Shown here: one piece after another, positions 1 through 6,026 of the stretch | Layout of the letters: every line of letters starts with the position of its first letter | Numbering within the stretch: position 1 is the stretch's first letter | IMG/VR virus record: IMGVR_UViG_3300027832_000001 | Direction: 5' to 3' (one strand) | Source: a virus | DNA: 42,086 nucleotides | The notes under the pieces: model-generated | What the model was told of the DNA's origin: nothing | The model's database searches: none | The model's input: the letters and a program-made list of their open reading frames with translations, nothing else | Program-made: the position numbers and the translations under genes

Positions 1-127
1 TGGGTCGCCCTCACCGGCTGGGTCTGCATGATCGCCGCTGGTGGCTTCGGTGTCCGCTACGTGGGAGACGGATCGTGAACCGTGAAGTCGTGACCATCGA
101 CCAGATGGTCAACGGCGACCTGATCGC
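1..127. repeat. Terminal redundancy identical to 41960-42086 (circular-assembly overlap; unique genome length 41959 bp)
   Basis: Read directly: the string tgggtcgccctcaccggctgggtctgc... at base 1 restarts at 41960 and runs unchanged to the last base. Bases 1-78 are therefore the 3' end of CDS 41825..42037. Confidence 0.95.
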
Positions 128-449
128 CATTGCTGAATGGCCCGATCCTGACGCCGAATATTTTGTCGGTATCAGCCCCGTCAATCCCGACCGTTTCGCG
201 ATGGTCAACGAGTACGGGTCACTGAGCTACGGCACAGCAAGTGCCAAATGGCAGCGTCTCACGAAGTCCGCACGTGACGGCATGACCCTGGGTAGCACCG
301 TTCGTGTACGCACCAAGGACGGCAAGAACCGCACCGACGTGGTCGAGGAGATCAACTCGCAAGCGATCACCCTCGCCACCCCGAGCGGACACGACCGGGG
401 CAAGTTCTGGTGGACCCACATCATCTCGCTGGAAGGGGTGGAGTCGTGA
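75..449 (+). CDS. Hypothetical protein (124 aa)
   Basis: ORF track. GTG start overlaps the stop of the upstream gene (GTGA). No recognisable motif. Confidence 0.6.
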   Translation: MNREVVTIDQMVNGDLIAIAEWPDPDAEYFVGISPVNPDRFAMVNEYGSLSYGTASAKWQRLTKSARDGMTLGSTVRVRTKDGKNRTDVVEEINSQAITLATPSGHDRGKFWWTHIISLEGVES

Positions 450-691
450 TGAGGAACGCCTACAACCGAGAAGACACGAAGAACCACTGTGTGCATTGCG
501 AACGCCAGATCACCCTCGATACGAGGTGGGCCCGCCAGAAAGGGTCGTTGGGCATCTGGTATCACGACGACCTTTTGGACTACGACTCCTCAGGCTATTC
601 GTGCGGCCTCGACGACGGCGAAGACAACGAAGCCGAGCCTTACTCAACCTCACGGCCAACTATGAGCCAGCGAGGAAGGAACAACCAATGA
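449..691 (+). CDS. Small CxxC protein, paralog A of 1904..2116
   Basis: Internal ATG at 449 of ORF 410..691 overlaps the upstream TGA. Sequence DTKNHCVHCERQITLDTRWAR...GIWYHDD is repeated almost verbatim in 1904..2116. Confidence 0.6.
   Translation: MRNAYNREDTKNHCVHCERQITLDTRWARQKGSLGIWYHDDLLDYDSSGYSCGLDDGEDNEAEPYSTSRPTMSQRGRNNQ
466..650 (+). repeat. Dispersed repeat copy A (paralog pair)
   Basis: ~185 nt similar to 1915-2099. 473-538 is identical to 1922-1987 (GACACGAAGAACCACTGTGTGCATTGCGAACGCCAGATCACCCTCGATACGAGGTGGGCCCGCC). Confidence 0.9.
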
Positions 692-870
692 CGCACGACG
701 AGATCATGGCCGACATCAACGACCGCATAGACCGGGGCATCATCGCTTTGGGTGGGCGGAGCGGTAGAGGAGACTCACTTCGCGATCGAGGAAAGGTTGA
801 CGGGCTGAAACTCGTCAAGGACTGGCTGCGGAGCTACGAAGGTATGGACATGGAAACGAGCGAGCAATGA
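688..870 (+). CDS. Hypothetical protein (60 aa)
   Basis: ATG 688 in the frame of ORF 304..870. ATGA overlap with the upstream stop. GAGGAAGGA RBS at 672-680. Confidence 0.55.
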   Translation: MTHDEIMADINDRIDRGIIALGGRSGRGDSLRDRGKVDGLKLVKDWLRSYEGMDMETSEQ

Positions 871-1040
871 CGACGACAGACCAGAGGGTCCAGCAGTACG
901 TAACCACGAAATGCGATCACAGAGAACGCGTGGCTTGCACCTGCTGGTCGTGTGGCCCAGCCGACGATCCCGTATGGGTATGCCGGTGCGGGATGGAGTT
1001 CAATAAGAGGGCGCGAAAGCTGCGGAAGAGGACAGCATGA
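867..1040 (+). CDS. Small zinc-ribbon-like protein (57 aa, below ORF-track cutoff)
   Basis: Hand translation gives MTTTDQRVQQYVTTKCDHRERVACTCWSCGPADDPVWVCRCGMEFNKRARKLRKRTA. ATGA overlaps at both ends fill an otherwise empty gap. Confidence 0.5.
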   Translation: MTTTDQRVQQYVTTKCDHRERVACTCWSCGPADDPVWVCRCGMEFNKRARKLRKRTA

Positions 1041-1561
1041 TCCCGCAATTGATCTTCCCGGCAGACGTGGCTAGCAAGATGTTCCCGGCGGACAGCAAAT
1101 GGCTGCTACCCAACGAGCCGCCGTCGATCACGTGGCTGGCAGGCCAGGTGGTCTGCGAGGCGTGCGACGGCTGTGGCGACATCAGTTACCCAGAATGGGA
1201 AGGCAGGCGCCAGCCGTGTAGCGACTGCGACACGCTCGGCTATCCGCCCATCGTTGAGATCGTCAGCCAACATTTTGGTCATCGTCGGGCTGTCCCTGAA
1301 TTGGGGATTCAGCAGAACGTTGTCATCACCGTGCACGGTCGGCTTGCACTCGGGGCACCTGTACCGGTCCACGGTGAGGACGATCAATCGTGGGATTGGG
1401 TGCCGTCGATCGAGATAGGGGACGAGGGCGCATGGTACTACTACGACCAGGCGTACTGCGATGACCCGAGCATCGAGACAAAGCCATCTGACATCTCGGA
1501 CACCGTGGCTGGCACGCTCGTGCCTGGCGGTGTCGCCTATCCGGTGACGGTGGCGACATGA
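1037..1561 (+). CDS. Hypothetical protein with a DnaJ-type Cys-rich motif
   Basis: ORF track. Contains CEACDGCG (CxxCxGxG) followed by CSDCDTLG. Confidence 0.6.
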   Translation: MIPQLIFPADVASKMFPADSKWLLPNEPPSITWLAGQVVCEACDGCGDISYPEWEGRRQPCSDCDTLGYPPIVEIVSQHFGHRRAVPELGIQQNVVITVHGRLALGAPVPVHGEDDQSWDWVPSIEIGDEGAWYYYDQAYCDDPSIETKPSDISDTVAGTLVPGGVAYPVTVAT

Positions 1562-1770
1562 GCAACGACCGTGTTTACTTGACTACCAGCCACTACCGCC
1601 ACCACTCCACAAAGACGCTTGCCGACACTCTGGCGGAAGCCAGCCGGACCGACTGGACGCCGTTCGATGTCTACGAAATCGACCTAACCCGACCTGATCG
1701 GCCGTCGATCCGTCTTGTCGCTTCACGCAGCAAAGGTGATCCGCCCCCGGTGACGGTGGAGACGCCGTGA
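1558..1770 (+). CDS. Hypothetical protein (70 aa)
   Basis: ORF track. ATGA overlap with the upstream gene. Confidence 0.55.
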   Translation: MSNDRVYLTTSHYRHHSTKTLADTLAEASRTDWTPFDVYEIDLTRPDRPSIRLVASRSKGDPPPVTVETP

Positions 1771-1903
1771 GATGCGCACACTGTCACCTGTTGATCCATC
1801 AGGCGAAAAACACCGACCGGACGTGGCGACATGAAACAACCGGGCGCACCTCATGCGTCTCCAACGTCGCCACACCCCATCACGCACCAGAAAGGCCAGC
1901 ACC

Positions 1904-2116
1904 ATGACCACCAACCGAGCAGACACGAAGAACCACTGTGTGCATTGCGAACGCCAGATCACCCTCGATACGAGGTGGGCCCGCCCGAAAGGATCATTGG
2001 GCATCTGGTATCACGACGACCTCGTGGACTACGACTCCTCAGGAGAGTCGTGCAACATCGACGACGGCGAGGACAATGAAGCCGAGCCTTACCCAACCCA
2101 TACGATTCCTCGATGA
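1904..2116 (+). CDS. Small CxxC protein, paralog B of 449..691
   Basis: ATG 1904 inside ORF 1853..2116, with GAAAGG upstream. Shares a 66-nt identical core with paralog A. Confidence 0.6.
   Translation: MTTNRADTKNHCVHCERQITLDTRWARPKGSLGIWYHDDLVDYDSSGESCNIDDGEDNEAEPYPTHTIPR
1915..2099 (+). repeat. Dispersed repeat copy B (paralog pair)
   Basis: See copy A. Confidence 0.9.
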
Positions 2117-2448
2117 GCGCCTTCCGCCATACCCGCCCGATGGTCGGCCACATGAGCGACCGAGGCTTCTGGCATTCTGGCGCTCGGTCGGTCTGCTCGA
2201 AGTGTGACGACAAGAGCCACTCGGCTCACCCCGGCAAGACTGTCTGCCAGTTTTGTCGGCTCGACCTCGGCGACGTGATCGAGAAGAGAGTCCACGCCAC
2301 GGTCACTCACGGCCGAGGCGAACAGCCAACCAGATTCTCTGCTTGCCGCTCGGGCGATTGCAACGAGCGTGTGTTTGTCGGCTCGACCTGCGAAGCCTGC
2401 AACACCTACCAAGATCCGAACAACCAAACCATAGGAGAAACGAAATGA
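2113..2448 (+). CDS. Cys-rich hypothetical protein (several CxxC pairs)
   Basis: ORF track. ATGA overlap. Contains CSKC...CQFC and C..DC...CEAC. Confidence 0.55.
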   Translation: MSAFRHTRPMVGHMSDRGFWHSGARSVCSKCDDKSHSAHPGKTVCQFCRLDLGDVIEKRVHATVTHGRGEQPTRFSACRSGDCNERVFVGSTCEACNTYQDPNNQTIGETK

Positions 2449-2816
2449 GTTACATGACGGTTGCCGAAACGGCCGACCGCCTCGGCGTGTCACGCCAGGC
2501 AGTTCACAAGGCCATCAACAACGGCTCCCTACCGTCCGAGGCCCAGGTGGAGCATGGTCGTGTTGTGCGTTACCTCGTGGCTACTGAAGGAGTCAAGGCG
2601 AGGCTGTCGGCGCAAGCCCGTCCGCCCGGTCATCTGTCGGTGGCCGAGGTCGCCGCCCGGCTCGACGCTGGCACGTCTTCTGTCTCTCGGTGGATCTCGT
2701 CCGGTCTGCTGCCGACGACGAAGGTTGGTGGGTCGTACCTGATCGACCCAGCCGACATTGTTGCTTTCGATTCGCCTGGCCGGACTGGCTCTGACCGGAA
2801 GTCGGCAACGGCGTGA
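2445..2816 (+). CDS. DNA-binding protein with two excisionase/MerR-type helix-turn-helix repeats
   Basis: ATG 2445 (AGGAGA RBS, ATGA overlap) inside ORF 2253..2816. Contains MTVAETADRLGVSRQAVHKAINNG and LSVAEVAARLDAGTSSVSRWISSGLLPTTKVGGSYLI. Confidence 0.6.
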   Translation: MSYMTVAETADRLGVSRQAVHKAINNGSLPSEAQVEHGRVVRYLVATEGVKARLSAQARPPGHLSVAEVAARLDAGTSSVSRWISSGLLPTTKVGGSYLIDPADIVAFDSPGRTGSDRKSATA

Positions 2817-3106
2817 GCAGCCAGACGCGCCTCCGACTCACCGATGAGCAGATGATGCACATCTGTACCGGGGCAATAGAGAACTGGGTGGACGGCATCG
2901 TGTTTACCTTCGAGTGCTTCGGCATCGACCTGACCGCCGTGGACTGTCCCTCGATCAAGCCGTCCGATTATGCGATCCCGTCTATCCAGTGGCGCGCCAT
3001 CGCCGACTCGATGGTCAAGCCAGGGGTGACCGATCATGTGGCCCTCGCCAATCATGCTCTGGACTGGATGAACCTCGGCCCGAGCGCCTACGAGGAGGAC
3101 GCATGA
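2813..3106 (+). CDS. Hypothetical protein (97 aa)
   Basis: ORF track. GTGA overlap with the upstream gene. Confidence 0.55.
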   Translation: MSSQTRLRLTDEQMMHICTGAIENWVDGIVFTFECFGIDLTAVDCPSIKPSDYAIPSIQWRAIADSMVKPGVTDHVALANHALDWMNLGPSAYEEDA

Positions 3107-3130
3107 TGGGGACTCGTCGGTTGGGGATTC

Positions 3131-3187
3131 CAGAATAGTTTCGGGCGAGGGGTTGACGACCCGACTCGGGTCGGATAGAGTGAGGGT
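3131..3187 (+). promoter_or_regulatory. Promoter-operator cassette copy 1
   Basis: -35 TTGACG at 3153-3158. 17-nt spacer containing the perfect palindrome CGACCCGA-C-TCGGGTCG at 3157-3173. -10 TAGAGT at 3176-3181. ATG at 3188, so no room for a leader or RBS. Confidence 0.7.
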
Positions 3188-3580
3188 ATGACTACTACGA
3201 CAACTCCCTCCCGCCTCGCTACCGAGATCGCCGCCAAGTGCGACGAGAATATGAACGGCTACTCCGTCCACCTCGATCGCCTCAAGGCTATGCCCCTCAC
3301 CTCGGTCGAGGAAGCCGCTGAGATCGCCGTCTCGATGGCCGAAGCAAAAGCCTGCGCCACCCTCTACCGCCGTTTCAGCTCGGTCGCCAAGTCGATGATC
3401 GACGCACCGGACCGTGGCATCTCCGCCGCCGAGATCAAGCTGGAAATGATGAGCGTGCTCGTCAGCCTCGCCGTCGAGGGTGCCGACGATCGCTGGAGCG
3501 GTCGGGGCAACGACCTCGCCCGCTCCGCCAACGATGCCCGGCAGAAGCAGATCTCCCGCATCCAGTCGATGATTAACTGA
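3188..3580 (+). CDS. Hypothetical helical protein (130 aa), sole gene of cassette-1 unit
   Basis: ORF track. The ATG lies 6 nt after the -10 element. N-terminus is MTTTTT. Confidence 0.65.
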   Translation: MTTTTTPSRLATEIAAKCDENMNGYSVHLDRLKAMPLTSVEEAAEIAVSMAEAKACATLYRRFSSVAKSMIDAPDRGISAAEIKLEMMSVLVSLAVEGADDRWSGRGNDLARSANDARQKQISRIQSMIN

Positions 3581-3591
3581 TCCCCCGTGGC

Positions 3592-3655
3592 CCTCGGCTC
3601 CCGCCGAGGCGCTGCGATGATCTCCCGAGTTCGCCACAGGCTCGGGAGATCATCG
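3592..3655 (+). terminator. Two consecutive hairpins closing the cassette-1 unit
   Basis: Hairpin 1: CCTCGGC (3592-3598) pairs with GCCGAGG (3603-3609). Hairpin 2: a perfect 15-bp stem, CGATGATCTCCCGAG (3615-3629) with CTCGGGAGATCATCG (3641-3655). No U-tract follows. Confidence 0.5.
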
Positions 3656-3689
3656 GAGCGACCGCTCCACCGACCAGAAGGACAATCAA

Positions 3690-4028
3690 ATGAGAAATCA
3701 GATCGAATCCGAAATCAGGCCTGGCACTTTCGTCGGCTTGTCGGCTCGTTGCGTCGAGGAGAACCGAGCGTCGTACAGACTACTTTCGACAGAGGTGAGC
3801 CGTTGGGAACGAATCGGTGGCCCAGCCGACGGCGAGACATACTTCGGCGGCACGCTCAACTCCGGCCCGATGCACGCTGGCGCTTGGACCGACTCCGACG
3901 GAAAGTTCCGTCACGGCACGTTCAGCTGCCATCAAGTCACCGACGTGGATCTTTCCAATCCTCGCAAGCTCGTCATCATGACGACGGACGGCGAGATCAC
4001 CATCGACATCTTCGAGGAGCAGTCGTGA
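3690..4028 (+). CDS. Hypothetical protein (112 aa)
   Basis: ORF track. AAGGA RBS upstream of the ATG. Confidence 0.6.
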   Translation: MRNQIESEIRPGTFVGLSARCVEENRASYRLLSTEVSRWERIGGPADGETYFGGTLNSGPMHAGAWTDSDGKFRHGTFSCHQVTDVDLSNPRKLVIMTTDGEITIDIFEEQS

Positions 4029-4342
4029 GCGAGATACAGACAGCAATCACGAACCCCGACGAGTACAACGGATGGGTCAACCGGGAGACGTGGGCGGCTG
4101 CGCTCCATCTCTCCAACGACGAGGGACTGTACCAGCAATGCTTGGAGCTGGTCGCTGGCAAGCTGCGCTGGTCTGCCGGTGACGCCATCGAAGCGTTCGT
4201 GATGGAGCAGGTCGAGATGATCCTGTTCCCATACGAGCACGACTGGCCGCCGACCGACCTGTGGCGCATGTTCATCTACGATGTCGGCAGCATGTGGCGT
4301 GTCGATTGGCAAGCCGTAGCCGACTCGTTCCTCACGGAATGA
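4025..4342 (+). CDS. Hypothetical protein (105 aa; NPDEYNGWVNRETWAAALHLSND N-terminus)
   Basis: GTG 4025 (GTGA overlap) in the frame of ORF 3587..4342. Only this 3' part avoids overlap with 3690..4028. Confidence 0.6.
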   Translation: MSEIQTAITNPDEYNGWVNRETWAAALHLSNDEGLYQQCLELVAGKLRWSAGDAIEAFVMEQVEMILFPYEHDWPPTDLWRMFIYDVGSMWRVDWQAVADSFLTE

Positions 4343-4467
4343 CCGTGACGCTGACCCAATGCTCACGCTGCGGCAGATGGATCGCCGCCATGACGATCCA
4401 TCAAGGCATCTGCCCAGCCGATAGGCCAGCCCGAGTCATGAGCTCTGATCCTCTCCCATCCCATTAG
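4339..4467 (+). CDS. Small CxxC protein (42 aa)
   Basis: ATG 4339 (ATGA overlap) inside ORF 4261..4467. Contains CSRCGRW. Confidence 0.45.
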   Translation: MTVTLTQCSRCGRWIAAMTIHQGICPADRPARVMSSDPLPSH

Positions 4468-4471
4468 ACAC

Positions 4472-4506
4472 GAAGCGACCTCGGCTCTGACGGCCGAGCG
4501 TTGCGA
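4472..4506 (+). terminator. Conserved hairpin element, copy 1 (copy 2 at 33644-33675)
   Basis: GAAGCGACCTCGGCT..ACGGCCGAGCGTTGCGA follows a gene end at both loci. Stem is CTCGGC/GCCGAG. Confidence 0.4.
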
Positions 4507-4624
4507 TGAATCCATCAAGCCGAGAACGGTCGCCGCAAGGTCCGTCGGGGTCCGTCTGTTCCCTCATTGAGACTTGGTGGATTCATCGGAGCGAACCAGC
4601 CCCACCTACAGGAAGCCGAACCTG

Positions 4625-4831
4625 ATGCTCGACGCCATTCTGATCGCATCCATAATCGGCCTGCCCGCATTCGCTGGCATCCGCTGGCTCTACTATGAAG
4701 CGATCCATTCAGCCGAGATCGACGCCGCCAGCCGCCGAGCCGTCCTGAGCGAGCTGGCAGACATTCGGGTCCATCGGCCCACCCACATCGTCAGCACCGC
4801 CGACAGCGCCGCAGAACAGCCTGAGAACTGA
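4625..4831 (+). CDS. Small membrane protein
   Basis: ATG 4625 (AGGAAG upstream) in ORF 4574..4831. Hydrophobic segment LDAILIASIIGLPAFAGIRWL. An upstream TTG/GTG start is possible but lies inside a 16-bp stem. Confidence 0.5.
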   Translation: MLDAILIASIIGLPAFAGIRWLYYEAIHSAEIDAASRRAVLSELADIRVHRPTHIVSTADSAAEQPEN

Positions 4832-4887
4832 TCCCTCCGGCACACCCCGAACCCGAAACGACGACCGGAGTCGGGTACGGTGCCGGT

Positions 4888-5229
4888 ATGAACGAAGCCG
4901 AGTTCGAGCGACAAGTCGTAGACACTGCCACCATCTTCGGATGGCGCACCGTCGGCCACCGCCCAATGCGAACCAAACAAGGATGGGCGACCGGCTGGAA
5001 ATATGAAGGCGTCGGCTGGCCCGACCTCACCCTCATCCACCACACCGGAAAGATCATCGTCGCAGAAATCAAGATCCCACCAAACAAACTGTCACCCGAA
5101 CAAGCCGTCTGGCGAACCACCCTCGAAACATGCGCCACCAACAGCGAAGGCCACATCGAATACCGACTCTGGACACCCGACGACTTCAACGAAATACTCC
5201 GCCTACTCTCACACGGCCGACAACAATGA
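4888..5229 (+). CDS. VRR-NUC domain nuclease (PD-(D/E)xK)
   Basis: ORF track. GWPDLTL...IVAEIKIPPNKLSPEQ matches the D...ExK...Q core of the VRR-NUC family. Confidence 0.7.
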   Translation: MNEAEFERQVVDTATIFGWRTVGHRPMRTKQGWATGWKYEGVGWPDLTLIHHTGKIIVAEIKIPPNKLSPEQAVWRTTLETCATNSEGHIEYRLWTPDDFNEILRLLSHGRQQ

Positions 5230-5363
5230 ACACCAACCACAACCGCACCACCTGTGGCCCACCCGCCCACACCACCACAATCGCCAACACCCTCATAGCG
5301 CACACCACCGAAGCCCGCCTCCACCAATGTCCACAGAAAGCCACACATGCCCAAGAAGCCTGA
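5226..5363 (+). CDS. Possible small ORF (45 aa) in a G-depleted tract
   Basis: ATG 5226 with ATGA overlap, inside ORF 5130..5363. Low-complexity T/H/A-rich product. Overlaps terS by 17 nt. Confidence 0.3.
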   Translation: MNTNHNRTTCGPPAHTTTIANTLIAHTTEARLHQCPQKATHAQEA

Positions 5364-5835
5364 ACCGATTGAACAGCCCTCGATGCTCGACGAGCACAAG
5401 GAGCGGATCATCCAGATGAAGCTGGCCGGTATCAGCGACCGGCAGATTGCTGATTCGCTCGGCGTGTCGAACTCGGCTGTCTCTCGGTATGTGAAGCGGG
5501 CGTCGGTGCAGTCGGCGATCGACGTTGCTCACGGCGCTCTCGTCAAGCGCGCTCAGCATCAGATGGCGATGGCGCTTGGCCTTGCTACGCAGACGTTGAT
5601 TCATTACGCCAGCATGGAGAACTTCGATACGATCCCTCATCAGCATCGGTTGAAAGCGACCGAGCTGCTCATCAGCGCTTCGGGCGCTTCTCGCTCGGTC
5701 GAGGTGAATGCGTTGTTGGCGGTGTCGGTGACGGAGATCGCTGCGAACTCTGCTCGGTCGAAGGCTGCTGCGATCGAGGCGACGTTGGTGGACACCCCGG
5801 TCGGCGAGATCCCGCCGCTGCGGCTCGCCGAATAA
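5347..5835 (+). CDS. terS: Terminase small subunit (HTH type)
   Basis: ORF track. HTH segment SDRQIADSLGVSNSAVSRYVKR. Lies just upstream of the large terminase. Confidence 0.6.
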   Translation: MPKKPEPIEQPSMLDEHKERIIQMKLAGISDRQIADSLGVSNSAVSRYVKRASVQSAIDVAHGALVKRAQHQMAMALGLATQTLIHYASMENFDTIPHQHRLKATELLISASGASRSVEVNALLAVSVTEIAANSARSKAAAIEATLVDTPVGEIPPLRLAE

Positions 5836-5874
5836 CGCATACGGTACACGGCATCTTCCCGTGTACGGTATGCG
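5836..5874. promoter_or_regulatory. 16-bp inverted repeat between terS and the RHH gene
   Basis: CGCATACGGTACACGG (5836-5851), loop CATCTTC, then CCGTGTACGGTATGCG (5859-5874). One G-G mismatch. Ends 2 nt before the ATG at 5877. Confidence 0.6.
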
Positions 5875-5876
5875 GC

Positions 5877-6026
5877 ATGTCCAGACCCAAGACCAAGGGT
5901 GACTCGATCTCGCTTCGGCTACCGATCGAACACGACCGGAAGCTCCGAGAGTTCGCTGAGGCGAAGAACGAGACACCCGCCGAAGTGATCCTTCGGGTCA
6001 TGGGGCGATCGCTGGACGCCCAGTGA
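5877..6026 (+). CDS. Ribbon-helix-helix (Arc/CopG-like) protein (49 aa, below ORF-track cutoff)
   Basis: Hand translation gives MSRPKTKGDSISLRLPIEHDRKLREFAEAKNETPAEVILRVMGRSLDAQ, a beta strand followed by two helices. Its stop overlaps the terL GTG. Confidence 0.55.
   Translation: MSRPKTKGDSISLRLPIEHDRKLREFAEAKNETPAEVILRVMGRSLDAQ

Noticed and set aside
1823-1872. 8-bp inverted repeat GTGGCGAC...GTCGCCAC in the gap upstream of paralog B
   Set aside because: The arms are short, the spacer is 34 nt, and no associated promoter or terminator features are present. This falls within chance expectation for GC-rich DNA.
2630-3637. Long reverse-strand ORF (335 aa). Similar long antisense ORFs occur at 11626..12501, 13009..14223, 15307..16368, 16073..17068, 37694..39010 and 40020..41201.
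   Set aside because: These are shadow ORFs typical of high-GC DNA. They lie antisense to + strand genes that have motifs, RBSs and coupled starts. Their products are Arg/Gly/His/Pro-rich low complexity with no motifs.
3587-4024. 5' two-thirds of the 251-aa ORF 3587..4342
   Set aside because: It overlaps the better-supported 3690..4028 in another frame and runs through the double hairpin. Its translation is Arg/Ser/His-rich. Only the part from GTG 4025 was kept.
5236-5300. C-tract run (CCCACCCGCCCACACCACC) as a possible G-quadruplex or i-motif
   Set aside because: The complementary strand has only three G3 runs, and the fourth is GG. This does not meet the usual four-run criterion. The stretch is treated as part of the G-depleted island.
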